Part shown: positions 28,493 to 39,300 of the stretch, piece after piece
How positions within the stretch are numbered: position 1 is the stretch's first letter
Layout of the letters: each line of letters begins with the position of its first letter
Virus record (IMG/VR): IMGVR_UViG_3300035670_000059
Coordinates: 32,001 to 96,000 of that record
Source of the DNA: a virus
DNA length: 64,000 nucleotides
Reading direction: 5' to 3' (one strand)
Translations under genes and position numbers: made by a program
Notes under the pieces: model-generated
The model's input: the letters and a program-made list of their open reading frames with translations, nothing else
What the model was told of the DNA's origin: nothing
Databases searched by the model: none

Positions 28493-30055
28493 GTGCCAAA
28501 TTGGAAAAAAGTTATAGTATCGGGCTCCGATGCTAGTTTAAACTCGCTAGAAGTAACCTCTGCTTTTACAGCATCTGGTTTAATATACCCCACAACAGAC
28601 GGATTAGTCAATCAATCTATAGTAACAGATGGAGCAGGGAATTTATCATTTGGTAATCCCTATTCTGATAATACAATTGTTTACGGAAAAAATATTTCCG
28701 GAACTACTATACTAAAAGGCACCCCTTTATATTTTACAGGTAGTGGAACAGCGGGCAACGTAGTAGGTGTATTTCCTGCAGATGCCGGTAATCCTGCTAG
28801 AATGCCTGCAGGAGGCATTGCGGGAGAGCAATTATTGGATGAGGCTGAAGGTGTTATTTTATTAGATGGCTTTATTAACGGGGTAAATACATCAGCTTTT
28901 AACTCTGGAGACCCAGTATATGTAGCAGTAGGAGGTGGGTATACAAACATTAAACCTACCGGCTCAACTATTTTAATCCAAGCATTAGGATATGTAGAAA
29001 AATCCGCAATAAACGGTTCGGGAGTAATACAAGGTTCTGGTAGGGCAAATGACGTGCCCAACATTCAACAAGGATATACTTGGGTAGGAAATGCAGATGG
29101 TGTAGCAACACCTACTGCCACTTCTTCTTTTAGTGTAGCAAATGCAGTATCTGCCTCGTTTGCTACTAACGCATCAAGCTCTTTAATCGCTATTACAGCC
29201 TCTTACGCTCTATTTGCCGCAAACGGTGGTGGTGGAGGTGGAGGTGGCTCTACAGTAGTACATACCCAGTTAACAGCCTCAACTACGTGGAGTTTTTCCC
29301 ACAATCTAAACACACAAACTCCACTACTACAAGTATACAATATAGGATACGAGCAAATTATACCAAACGAAATCGTTAGTATAAACGCGTTTACCTCCGA
29401 AATACGATTTGACTATACACAAGCAGGTTACGCTGTTGCCTCTACAGGTGGTAGTTTAGCAGTTACGGGTTCAACACCTCGTTTAGTACAAACAGTAGCA
29501 GCTACAACGTGGTCTTTTGCTCACAATCTAGGAACCAAATACCCAGGATTTGAAGTATTCGATTCGAACGATGATGTTGTAATACCAGCAGGCATTCACG
29601 TAGTGGACGAAAATAATGCAGAAATATATTTTGCACTTCCTTCTACAGGTGTAGCAATAGCAAACTTTAGTGGTATAGAGGGTGTATTCCCATCTTCATC
29701 TTTTGCGTTTACCGCTTCATACTCAGACCAATTTAACATAGGTCAAACCCAAACTCAATACGCTACTGTTACCTCTTCTATAAACGGATCAAACACTGTC
29801 TTTACACAAGCAACAGGTTCGTACACCTCTGCTTTCTTCAAATACACAGTAACAAGTGGGTCTAATGCTCGTTCCGGAGAAATAATGTCGGTATGGAATG
29901 GAACAACTACAGCTTTTACAGACAACTCCACAACAGATATAGGCACAACAACAGATGTAACATCTTCTGTTGCTATATCAGGTACAAACGTACAGTTAAA
30001 CATGCAAACCAATACCGAGGGTTGGAGAATAAAATCAATAGCAACATTTATGTAA
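28493..30055 (+). CDS. Fibre/baseplate-associated structural protein
   Basis: GTG start; MPNWKKVIVSGS paralogous to 27108; poly-Gly hinge; two TTWSF(S/A)HNL repeats. Confidence 0.65.
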   Translation: MPNWKKVIVSGSDASLNSLEVTSAFTASGLIYPTTDGLVNQSIVTDGAGNLSFGNPYSDNTIVYGKNISGTTILKGTPLYFTGSGTAGNVVGVFPADAGNPARMPAGGIAGEQLLDEAEGVILLDGFINGVNTSAFNSGDPVYVAVGGGYTNIKPTGSTILIQALGYVEKSAINGSGVIQGSGRANDVPNIQQGYTWVGNADGVATPTATSSFSVANAVSASFATNASSSLIAITASYALFAANGGGGGGGGSTVVHTQLTASTTWSFSHNLNTQTPLLQVYNIGYEQIIPNEIVSINAFTSEIRFDYTQAGYAVASTGGSLAVTGSTPRLVQTVAATTWSFAHNLGTKYPGFEVFDSNDDVVIPAGIHVVDENNAEIYFALPSTGVAIANFSGIEGVFPSSSFAFTASYSDQFNIGQTQTQYATVTSSINGSNTVFTQATGSYTSAFFKYTVTSGSNARSGEIMSVWNGTTTAFTDNSTTDIGTTTDVTSSVAISGTNVQLNMQTNTEGWRIKSIATFM

Positions 30056-30064
30056 ATATAAAAT

Positions 30065-32263
30065 ATGTTAATAAATTCACCAAATATATCAGGTTCGTTA
30101 ACGGTAACAGGCAATACTGTTATAACGGGATCTTTAACTGTACTAGGCGGTATAAACGCAACCATTACAGGATCTGCTACAAGTGCCTCATACGTTGAGT
30201 ATAGCAATGTAGCTAATAAACCTGCGTTAGTATCAAGTTCGGCTCAAATTGTAGGATACAATATATTTGCTACTACTGGTTCAAACCAATTTAATGGGAG
30301 CCAAGCCATAACTGGTTCTTTGACTGTAACAGGACAAGTAGTTGCTCAAACCTTGAATGTACAACAGGTAACTTCTAGTATAGTATATTCTAGTGGAAGT
30401 AATATATTTGGAAATAGTTTAAGCAATACACAACAGTTTACTGGAAGTGTGTCTGTAACTGGGAGTTTAACAGTGAATGGAACGTCTGCTGTAACAGGAA
30501 CTGGAACAACTAACTACTTGCCAAAGTTTACAGGTGCAAGTACGATTGGAAATAGTACAATAACCGATAATGGAACGACTGTTAGTGTTTTAAATAGTGC
30601 TTATACTGACGTTTTAAGAGTTGGCTCTACATCAAACTCGATTTATTTCTATCCAGATGGAGGCTCAGTTAACATAATGACTGGTACAGGATTTTCAGGT
30701 ACTGGAATAACGTTTGCTAGTGGTTCTAATTACTTAGACTTTAATACTAACTCGCTAACAAGAATGCGCATCACCTCAGGTGGTAATATTGGTATAGGTA
30801 CAACTAGCCCAATAGGGCCTTTAGATATAGCTGTTCCCGCAACTGGTTCCGCAATTGCTGCAACAACTTCTCAACAAGCATATAATTTTTCAAGATTTAG
30901 AATAAAACATTATACAGATTCAAATCTTGGATTATCTATAGGATATGCAGGTGCTAACTTTACATACATCCAAGCTTGCTATAATGAAGGTAGTGTAGCA
31001 CCCCTATTAATAAATCCTTTTGGAGGTAATGTAAGCATAGGCACGGCTAGTCCTTCAGCAACTCTTCATGTAGTTAGAGCAAATGATGGAGGCTCAGGAA
31101 CACCTGGAGTGATTTTATCTACAGCTAATGGAGCAAATGATATTGTAAGATTCCAAGATGGAACTACTACTGTTGCTGTAGTAAAAAATAGTGGTAATAT
31201 TGGTGTAGGAGTTGCTAGTCCAACTGGGAGCTTACAAGTAAGCAATGGAACACTTGGTCTTAATTTACAAGCTCATGTTGTAAATATTACTGGTAATAAT
31301 TATTCAAGTGCAACTATTGGTATATATGATGCAGCCTCATTAGCTGCAAATACTGGTGGTGGAATTAATTTTGGTGCATTTTATACTTCTACACAATTCA
31401 CAGAATTTGCATATATAAGAACAAATAAAGATACTGCTACATCTGGGGAATATGGGGGTTCATTAATATTTGCAACAAGACCAAATGGTGGGAGTGTAAC
31501 TGAACGCATGCGCATCACCTCAGTCGGCAACGTGCTGATTGGGACAACAACAGATAATGGGGTAGGTAAATTACAAGTAAGTGGTAGAACATTTTTAGAT
31601 AATGGTACTGGCAACGCTTTATCTATTGATACAACTGTAGCAGATACTACTACAAGAGATGCTATTTATTTAGTTGAAAATGACGGTCAAGCAACAGGAC
31701 GTCAAGCTATTTCTTGGTATAATGAAAACCAAACCTACTATAAAGCAAGACTGTGGACTCAAGTAGGATCTAGTTATAACGCTACAGTATTTGGGATTGA
31801 TGCAGCTGATGATACTAGGAGTGTAGATACTAGATTGGCAATTAGAAACGGTTATGTTTTTATGCCATCTTTAACTACAGGGACAGGTATTGATGATTTA
31901 GGATGGTGGTCGAGTTCAGGTACTACTTGGGGTTTTAATGGAATGTTGATGCGCATATCTTCATCAGCACGATACAAAAAGAATATTAGAGATTTAGAAC
32001 TAGATACTTCAAAAATATTTGATTTAAGAACTATCTCCTTTGAAAATAATGAACTTACTGCAACAGACGGTATTACAAGTTTTGGACTACTTGCTGAAGA
32101 CGTAGCCGAAAAAATACCAATGCTAGCTACATATAATGAAGCTGGGCAGCCTGAAGGAGTTCAATACAAAATGTTAGCAGTTCTTTTGCTTGAAGAAATG
32201 AAAAAAATAAAAGCAGAAAACGACAACCTAAAATCCAGACTAGAGATTTTAGAACAATCTTAA
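30065..32263 (+). CDS. Tail fibre A with C-terminal intramolecular chaperone (peptidase S74-like)
   Basis: Shared core 30182-30481; RMRITS.GN.GIG repeats; SSARYKKNI...GLLAEDV...coiled coil. Confidence 0.8.
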   Translation: MLINSPNISGSLTVTGNTVITGSLTVLGGINATITGSATSASYVEYSNVANKPALVSSSAQIVGYNIFATTGSNQFNGSQAITGSLTVTGQVVAQTLNVQQVTSSIVYSSGSNIFGNSLSNTQQFTGSVSVTGSLTVNGTSAVTGTGTTNYLPKFTGASTIGNSTITDNGTTVSVLNSAYTDVLRVGSTSNSIYFYPDGGSVNIMTGTGFSGTGITFASGSNYLDFNTNSLTRMRITSGGNIGIGTTSPIGPLDIAVPATGSAIAATTSQQAYNFSRFRIKHYTDSNLGLSIGYAGANFTYIQACYNEGSVAPLLINPFGGNVSIGTASPSATLHVVRANDGGSGTPGVILSTANGANDIVRFQDGTTTVAVVKNSGNIGVGVASPTGSLQVSNGTLGLNLQAHVVNITGNNYSSATIGIYDAASLAANTGGGINFGAFYTSTQFTEFAYIRTNKDTATSGEYGGSLIFATRPNGGSVTERMRITSVGNVLIGTTTDNGVGKLQVSGRTFLDNGTGNALSIDTTVADTTTRDAIYLVENDGQATGRQAISWYNENQTYYKARLWTQVGSSYNATVFGIDAADDTRSVDTRLAIRNGYVFMPSLTTGTGIDDLGWWSSSGTTWGFNGMLMRISSSARYKKNIRDLELDTSKIFDLRTISFENNELTATDGITSFGLLAEDVAEKIPMLATYNEAGQPEGVQYKMLAVLLLEEMKKIKAENDNLKSRLEILEQS

Positions 32264-32300
32264 AAATATTTATAAACATAAAACACAAACACACAACACT

Positions 32301-32645
32301 ATGGCACTAACTTACAATTGGGTAGTATCTTCAATGGAAGAATATCCCACCACAGGCAGCTTAACCGATGTAGTATTTAACGTACATTGGAGAAGAAATG
32401 CAACAGAAACAGTAGATGATAAGCAATACTATGCGGACATATACGGTTCACTTTCCGTACCTGCTCCATCTCCAGAAGACTTTACCCCGTACGAAGATCT
32501 CACATTCGAGCAAGTATGTGGATGGTTGGAAGCAGGAATGGATGTTGAGGCTTTAAACACAAATCTAGCTGCTCAAATTGAAAGACAAATCAACCCACCA
32601 GTAGTATCTTTACCATTGCCTTGGGTTTCTGGAAGCGTTATCTAA
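32301..32645 (+). CDS. Small fibre-associated (assembly/chaperone-like) protein
   Basis: YNWVVSSME...VVFNVHW...FTPYEDLTFEQVCGWL...LPLPW; paralog of 39301-39612. Confidence 0.6.
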   Translation: MALTYNWVVSSMEEYPTTGSLTDVVFNVHWRRNATETVDDKQYYADIYGSLSVPAPSPEDFTPYEDLTFEQVCGWLEAGMDVEALNTNLAAQIERQINPPVVSLPLPWVSGSVI

Positions 32646-32656
32646 ACTATTAAAAC

Positions 32657-32830
32657 ATGCAATACTACGTTTTAAAGCAATTCCTACCCGGTACACAGAT
32701 ATGGGTATGGAAATTGAACGAGGAAGATACAGGATATGTCTTTGACACCGAACAAGAAGCCGAAGATATGTGTATTACTTTAAAGGAGCAAGACCCGTCT
32801 CGCGACTATAAGGTATCTACATCCATCTAA
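32657..32830 (+). CDS. Small hypothetical protein (57 aa; not in the ORF track)
   Basis: MQYYVLKQFLPGTQIWVWKLNEEDTGYVFDTEQEAEDMCITLKEQDPSRDYKVSTSI*; fills the intergenic gap; A-rich upstream. Confidence 0.6.
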   Translation: MQYYVLKQFLPGTQIWVWKLNEEDTGYVFDTEQEAEDMCITLKEQDPSRDYKVSTSI

Positions 32831-32892
32831 ACACTATATATTTATCACAAATAGGTTGTGTTCCTTTTGGACAGTGAAAAAAGGCATATAAT

Positions 32893-35640
32893 ATGGCAAA
32901 CGAATTTATAGCAAGAAAGGGTATTATATCCCTTGATGGTGCTCAAGTAACCGGCTCTTTATCCGTAACCGGCAACATTTCAGCCTCAATCTTTACAGGC
33001 TCATTTGTAGGAGATGGTTCCCAATTAAGTGGAATAGAAGGATTTCCGTTCACAGGCTCTGCAGGCATAACAGGCTCACTAACAGTAGTGGGCCCCGTTA
33101 ATGCTACCACATTTACAGGAGACGGTTCCCAACTTACAGGTATAGAAGGATTTCCATTTACAGGCTCCGCAGACATAACAGGCTCGCTTACAGTAGTAGG
33201 ACCAGTTAACGCTACTTCTTTTACAGGTTCGCTACAAGGAACAGCAACATCTGCTTCCTATATCCAACTTGCAAATATAGATGGATTTACCGCATATTCC
33301 TCTTCGGTCAACACTGCTATTGACAGCGTGTTGGATGCAACAACTCCGCTAACTGCCACGGTAAATACCGGAAGTTCTCCATTTACCTTAACGAGCCAAA
33401 GCATTGTAGTAGCCGATAGTACAAATGGAAACTTAACTATCAACCTACCAGACTTAAACACTATAGTTGGAACGCCAAACCAAAAACCAATTGTAGTATA
33501 TAAAAACGACTATTCGCAAAACGTAATATACGTTAATCCTAGTGGTTCCCAACTAGTAAATGGGGCAAGCCAAGATATAATCGTAAGTATACAACTTGCG
33601 GTAATTTACAATCCAACAAGTGCGGGATGGGTAACGGAAGGTACTTCGGCCCAAAGTTTAGCGGAACTAGAACTATTTTTTCTTCCGTTAACAGAAACGG
33701 GTTCGCTTGCAACAACGGGTTCAAATGTATTTATTGGAAACCAAACCATAACCGGTTCTTTAACAGTAACCGGAGGTATAAACGCAACCATAACAGGTTC
33801 AGCTGCTTCAGCTTCCTATGTAGAATATGCTAACGTGGCAAATAAGCCTACGTTGGTATCAGGATCTGCTCAAATATCGTTTAACGGTATAACAGACAAA
33901 CCAACACTTGTATCTGGTTCTTCTCAAGTAAGCTATACAGGATTATCCGATATACCCGCTAGTATAGTGTCTAGCTCAACTCAAATCACAGGATACAATA
34001 TATTTGCTACTACGGGTTCTAACCAGTTCAATGGTAGCCAAGCTATAACTGGCTCACTTACTGTAACTGGTCAAGTTGTAGCTCAAACTTTAAACGTACA
34101 ACAGGTAACTTCTAGTATTGTGTATTCAAGCGGGTCCAATGTGTTTGGAAACAGTTTATCTAACACTCAACAATTTACTGGTTCTTTACAGGTAAGTGGT
34201 TCATCACATAATATATTAGGAAATGTTGGTATAGGTCCTACTGGAACCCCAGTATCCGAACTACAAGTTGGTAAATCAAGTGATGTAACCATTGCAATGT
34301 CCAATTCAAGTTCTGTTACAAGCGGTAATAGAGGGAGCTTAGCATGGTACAATTCAAGCAACTCAACTGTTGCTAATATTAAAGCAACTGCAGTTACCGA
34401 CAACGTAGGCACACAATTAGAGTTTTACACAAGACCGGCTGCTGGTTCTCTTACTCAAGTGTTAACCATATCCTCCACAGGTGCAGCTACCTTTAATACA
34501 ACTACCGATACCACATCAATTTCAATGTTAAGCACTGGGACTGCAAGTGGATTAAGACTACAAAATACAGGTGGCACTGCATCAGATTGGATAATTCAAA
34601 GTGATGGGGGTGCAGTAGCTGGGCAAGCAGCATTAAGATTTTATTCAATTACAGCAACTGCTTATAGAATGTCTATTGATGGATCTGGTAATGTTGGTAT
34701 AGGCACTACTAGTCCAGGATATGATGGTGCCGGATATGGAGCAGTAAGATATGTAACTATAAACAATGCTTCAGGTACAGGTAGTAACTTAGAACTAGCA
34801 ACAGGCACTACTGCCAATGATGGCTATATAGGTGCAATTGATTTTATTAACACTTCTAATACAGGTGCACCAGGTGCAGGCAGATATGGAATTGCTTCAA
34901 TTAGAGCATATACAACTAATGCAAGTGCAACAAATACAGGAGGAGGATATTTAACATTCAACACTAAAGCAGATGGTGGAAGCGGAGCAGAAAGAATGCG
35001 CATCACCTCAGGAGGGGAAGTATCAATCACTGGAATTAATTTAACAGTTGGTACTGGCGGAGGTGCAGGTACACTTAATTTAGACCAATCTACAGTTAGA
35101 AGATGGAAACTAAGTTCAGGTGGAATTACTTCGGGGGTTTTTAGTATAATTAATGGGAGTGACGATTCTCCTGCATTAAATATTAGTAGCTCAAATATAG
35201 TATCTTTCTATATTGGGGGTGGTTTTGCAAACCAAACAACTTTAGATGCTAATACTCGTTTTCAAGGTCCAAATATTTCTGTAGCAGCAGCTAAAGCATA
35301 TGCTTGGAATACCTATTCAGACCAAAGAATTAAGGAAAATATAAATCCTTTACCTTATGGCTTAAACGAAATACTACAATTAAATCCTGTTTCATATAAT
35401 CAGCACGATTCAGAAGTAATTGATAGTGAAATAGTATTAAAAGAAACATATAAATCAACAATTGGATTAATTGCACAGGAAGTTAATGATTTTATACCTG
35501 AAGCTGTAGGTATTGGAAATGATACTGAACTTTGGGGATTAGATTATAACAAAATAGTCCCAGTCCTTGTCAAAGCCATCCAAGAACAACAAGCCCAAAT
35601 CGAATCCCTTAAAGCCGAAATACAAACACTAAAACAATGA
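32893..35640 (+). CDS. Tail fibre B with C-terminal S74-like chaperone
   Basis: MANEFIARKG; shared core ~33808-34200; YSDQRIKENI...GLIAQEV...LVKAIQEQQ. Confidence 0.8.
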   Translation: MANEFIARKGIISLDGAQVTGSLSVTGNISASIFTGSFVGDGSQLSGIEGFPFTGSAGITGSLTVVGPVNATTFTGDGSQLTGIEGFPFTGSADITGSLTVVGPVNATSFTGSLQGTATSASYIQLANIDGFTAYSSSVNTAIDSVLDATTPLTATVNTGSSPFTLTSQSIVVADSTNGNLTINLPDLNTIVGTPNQKPIVVYKNDYSQNVIYVNPSGSQLVNGASQDIIVSIQLAVIYNPTSAGWVTEGTSAQSLAELELFFLPLTETGSLATTGSNVFIGNQTITGSLTVTGGINATITGSAASASYVEYANVANKPTLVSGSAQISFNGITDKPTLVSGSSQVSYTGLSDIPASIVSSSTQITGYNIFATTGSNQFNGSQAITGSLTVTGQVVAQTLNVQQVTSSIVYSSGSNVFGNSLSNTQQFTGSLQVSGSSHNILGNVGIGPTGTPVSELQVGKSSDVTIAMSNSSSVTSGNRGSLAWYNSSNSTVANIKATAVTDNVGTQLEFYTRPAAGSLTQVLTISSTGAATFNTTTDTTSISMLSTGTASGLRLQNTGGTASDWIIQSDGGAVAGQAALRFYSITATAYRMSIDGSGNVGIGTTSPGYDGAGYGAVRYVTINNASGTGSNLELATGTTANDGYIGAIDFINTSNTGAPGAGRYGIASIRAYTTNASATNTGGGYLTFNTKADGGSGAERMRITSGGEVSITGINLTVGTGGGAGTLNLDQSTVRRWKLSSGGITSGVFSIINGSDDSPALNISSSNIVSFYIGGGFANQTTLDANTRFQGPNISVAAAKAYAWNTYSDQRIKENINPLPYGLNEILQLNPVSYNQHDSEVIDSEIVLKETYKSTIGLIAQEVNDFIPEAVGIGNDTELWGLDYNKIVPVLVKAIQEQQAQIESLKAEIQTLKQ
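33010..33225 (+). repeat. In-frame tandem duplication, 2 x 108 nt
   Basis: GDGSQL(S/T)GIEGFPFTGSA(G/D)ITGSLTVVGPVNAT(T/S)FT occurs twice. Confidence 0.9.
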
Positions 35641-37346
35641 GCTATTTAAAAGACAGAGAAATATGGTTAAGTAGTGTACCAACCGGTAATCCACCAGCAG
35701 GGTACGTTTGGGTATTTATCCAAAACGGTGTTTTCGTTGTACGAGACAGCAGTGGTGTAGATAAAATCATGGCTACTACCACGGGCACTGTTACGAACGC
35801 AACAAGTGCATCCTACGTTGAATATAGTAACGTAGCAAATAAACCCGCGTTGATTTCCAGTTCAGCTCAAATTGTAGGATACAATGTGTTTGCAACTACG
35901 GGTTCAAATCAATTTAATGGGAGCCAAGCTGTTACCGGGTCTTTGACTGTGACGGGACAGGTAGTTGCACAGACTTTAAACGTGCAACAAGTAACTTCTA
36001 GTATAGTATATTCAAGTGGGTCCAATGTGTTTGGAAACAGTTTATCCAATACACAACAGTTTACAGGTAGTATGTCTGTAACTGGAAGTATGACAGTGAA
36101 TGGAGCAGGTACATTTGCAAGTAGTATAACGGCTGGAAACAATTTATTAATAAATAATCTTGCAGCATCCAAAAAAGGATACACATACCAAAGCCCAGCA
36201 TCTAACTGGGGTCCACAAGTTTCGGGCTTATATTTTACTCCAAATAATGCTGTTGATGCACAAACAACATTTACACTTGAGTTGTGGAATGGTGTCGGTT
36301 CAATAATAACACCTTTAACAATAACAGATACAGGCACATCTACCTTTACAGGTACAAGTGCTTCTCCTGTTTTAACATTATCAAATAGTACCGGGGGTAC
36401 TAAAGCAGATTTTACAATTACAGAAAATACAGGCTTAATTGTTAATTCATACGAAAGCACATCAGCAAGAAGTATTGATTTTAGAGTTGCTGGAACATCT
36501 GCTTTATTAATAGCATCCTCAGGCGCAGCTACCTTTTCGAGTAGTGTAACGGCTACAAGTTTAATTACGGGAACAGCTGGTGGTTCTTCTATTAACATTA
36601 CAACAAATGGTAATAACGGAACATCTGGAAGTCCATTACAAACTAATCTTAATTTTTACGGATTCAACTCAAATTTAAATGGTCAAATACGAGTAGATGA
36701 TATTGCGGGTACTGCACAAATTGGTACAATGAAATTTTACACTTGGAACTCAGGCCAAGTATTAGCACTAACATTAACTCAAACAGGTGCAGCTGCATTT
36801 TCAAGCACTATTGACTTAAGTGGTGCTATTACTAATTTTGGAACAGGTACTGGAACATATACTAGATCTGTTTGGTATAATGATCCTACTAATCAAATCC
36901 TATTTGAAAATGCTAGACAAACTGATGATGCCAGCGGTACTGGTAGAACAGTATACTTTACTTGGAGAGGAGGACCTAGTGTAGGTGGAGGTGTTCAACT
37001 ACAACATGGAACAAACGCTTGGGCAGCATACACTTCAGATGCTCGACTTAAAACCAAAGTAGCTGATGTTGAAAATGGTATAGAGGTTGTAATGAGATTA
37101 AACCCAATTAAATTTAAATGGAGTAGAGAACTAGAAAATAGTAGAACAGTAACAGGATTTACAGCTCAAAACGTTGAAGAAGCAATACCTGATGCGGTAT
37201 TTAATTCATGGCAGGATGAAGAATTAGGTGATGTAAAATCATACTACTCAGACTATTTAATTCCTTATCTAGTAAAAGCTATCCAAGAACTCAAATCCGA
37301 AAACGACAACCTAAAATCCAGACTAGAAGTTCTAGAACAATCCTAA
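35637..37346 (+). CDS. Tail fibre C with C-terminal S74-like chaperone
   Basis: Shared core 35805-36104; TSDARLKT...LNPIKFKW...GFTAQNV...LVKAIQEL. Confidence 0.8.
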   Translation: MSYLKDREIWLSSVPTGNPPAGYVWVFIQNGVFVVRDSSGVDKIMATTTGTVTNATSASYVEYSNVANKPALISSSAQIVGYNVFATTGSNQFNGSQAVTGSLTVTGQVVAQTLNVQQVTSSIVYSSGSNVFGNSLSNTQQFTGSMSVTGSMTVNGAGTFASSITAGNNLLINNLAASKKGYTYQSPASNWGPQVSGLYFTPNNAVDAQTTFTLELWNGVGSIITPLTITDTGTSTFTGTSASPVLTLSNSTGGTKADFTITENTGLIVNSYESTSARSIDFRVAGTSALLIASSGAATFSSSVTATSLITGTAGGSSINITTNGNNGTSGSPLQTNLNFYGFNSNLNGQIRVDDIAGTAQIGTMKFYTWNSGQVLALTLTQTGAAAFSSTIDLSGAITNFGTGTGTYTRSVWYNDPTNQILFENARQTDDASGTGRTVYFTWRGGPSVGGGVQLQHGTNAWAAYTSDARLKTKVADVENGIEVVMRLNPIKFKWSRELENSRTVTGFTAQNVEEAIPDAVFNSWQDEELGDVKSYYSDYLIPYLVKAIQELKSENDNLKSRLEVLEQS

Positions 37347-37382
37347 AAATATTTATACGAAGAATACAGTAAACAAGACCTA

Positions 37383-39299
37383 ATGATACAAGATAAAATA
37401 TTCTTTGACGAAAAAGACCCAACCGGTGTTTCCTACAACACCCCATTCACCGTTTACGGAAGCTACGAGGGTAGATTGTGGAGTAAAACCCCAAGTGGTA
37501 CTATAAAATACTACACACAAAACAGTGATTTATCTGTTTATGCTACAACAGGTTCAAATTCCTTTAACGGAAACCAAACCGTAACTGGTTCTTTAACAGT
37601 AACAGGAGGAATAACGGGATCCGCTACAACTGCTTCTTACGTTGAATATACTAGTGTAGCAAATAAACCTTCACTTGTATCAAGTTCGGCTCAAATTGTT
37701 GGGTATAACGTATTTGCTACTACCGGTTCCAATCAATTTAACGGAAGTCAAGCTGTAACAGGGTCTTTAACGGTAACAGGGCAGGTAGTTGCTCAAACAT
37801 TGAATGTACAACAGGTAACCTCTAGCATTGTGTATTCTAGTGGAAGCAATATATTTGGAAATAGTGTATCCAACACACAACAGTTTACTGGTAGTGTGTC
37901 TGTGACTGGGAGTTTGACAGTGAATGGAGCAGGTACATTTTCTAGCGCAGTTACATCTAATTCCTTTATCTCTGATGGAACTGCAAATGAAGGCGTAATA
38001 CGAATTGAACGTGACACTGTAAGTACTAACACAGTTATTGGAGCTTTAAACTTTACAAACAATAATGGCTCTACAGTTTATGGTAGAGTTCGTGGGGGTA
38101 GAAATTCTGCTGGAGACGGATATGCAAGTTTAGGTACAGGTGTTGGGGATAATTTATATGCAATAGAAGGTGGTAGTGTGGGTATAGGCACGGCTAGTCC
38201 TGAAACATTAAGCAACAATACTACTTTGCAAATTGATGGGACAAACCATTCATTTGTAAGAACTGGAAATTCAAGTTATGGGGGATATTTTGCTACAATC
38301 CCAACTGCTGAAGTTTTATGCATCGCCAATGTTCGAAACCCAGTTACAGGTACTTACAACAATACTGGAAAAGCCGCTAGCGGGATAAATTTATTTTCTG
38401 AAAGTTCAAATGGTTATATTACTTTTCTTACTACTGCAACAAATAATAGTGGTCCAAGCGAACGCATGCGCATCACCTCAGGTGGCAATGTTGGTATAGG
38501 AATTACAAACCCAACAGCACAACTATCATTAAAAAACCAAATTTCAAATGGTTCAACCCCTGTTTCATCTTATGCTGCAACAAATGGGGTTGATGGGCAA
38601 AATTTCTTTAATGGATATTATGCTGTAAATAGTGATGGTTTAGGACCATATCCAAGATATTTTGATATTGTTTCAACTGGCTCTCCTGATGGTTCAAACG
38701 GTGGTAGTAACATTAGATTCTTTACAAATCCAATTACAAATAATTCACCAGCAGTAGAACGCATGCGTATCACCTCAGGTGGTGTTGTTAGAATAACCAG
38801 CTTTACAACTAATGGTTTAGTTGGCACAGATTCATCAGGAAATTTAGGTGTTGTAATTTCAGAATACACTGAAATTGCCACAGGAACAATAACTTACTCA
38901 ATGAACTCTGGTTCTCCTTGGGCAATTAATAATTCATTCCCTGCTACTATCAGAAACTATGAGGATGATGGGATGGCAGGTTCAGGAGGTGTAGATACTA
39001 ACCTTAACTTAGGTAGAGGAGTAACATTTGATTTAGGTTCAGCAAAAACAGTGAGAAAAATAGTTGAAAGAGGGTATCCTACAAAAAATCTAAACCAAAT
39101 TATTGTTCAATATTCAACAGATAATTCAAATTGGACTGACATATACGTTTATAATCATGTTTATGGTAATACACAGAAGGATATGGAATTTAATCCAACA
39201 GGAGCAATTTCTGCTAGATATTGGAGATGGTTTATACATAGCTGGTCAGAAAGAGAAGTACAAAACTACTATACATACGAATCAATAATTTATACATAA
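37383..39299 (+). CDS. Tail fibre D with C-terminal discoidin (F5/8 type C)-like domain
   Basis: Shared core 37629-37928; VTFDLGSAKTVRKI...VQYSTDNSNWTD...ARYWRW; no S74 motif. Confidence 0.75.
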   Translation: MIQDKIFFDEKDPTGVSYNTPFTVYGSYEGRLWSKTPSGTIKYYTQNSDLSVYATTGSNSFNGNQTVTGSLTVTGGITGSATTASYVEYTSVANKPSLVSSSAQIVGYNVFATTGSNQFNGSQAVTGSLTVTGQVVAQTLNVQQVTSSIVYSSGSNIFGNSVSNTQQFTGSVSVTGSLTVNGAGTFSSAVTSNSFISDGTANEGVIRIERDTVSTNTVIGALNFTNNNGSTVYGRVRGGRNSAGDGYASLGTGVGDNLYAIEGGSVGIGTASPETLSNNTTLQIDGTNHSFVRTGNSSYGGYFATIPTAEVLCIANVRNPVTGTYNNTGKAASGINLFSESSNGYITFLTTATNNSGPSERMRITSGGNVGIGITNPTAQLSLKNQISNGSTPVSSYAATNGVDGQNFFNGYYAVNSDGLGPYPRYFDIVSTGSPDGSNGGSNIRFFTNPITNNSPAVERMRITSGGVVRITSFTTNGLVGTDSSGNLGVVISEYTEIATGTITYSMNSGSPWAINNSFPATIRNYEDDGMAGSGGVDTNLNLGRGVTFDLGSAKTVRKIVERGYPTKNLNQIIVQYSTDNSNWTDIYVYNHVYGNTQKDMEFNPTGAISARYWRWFIHSWSEREVQNYYTYESIIYT

Positions 39300-39300
39300 T

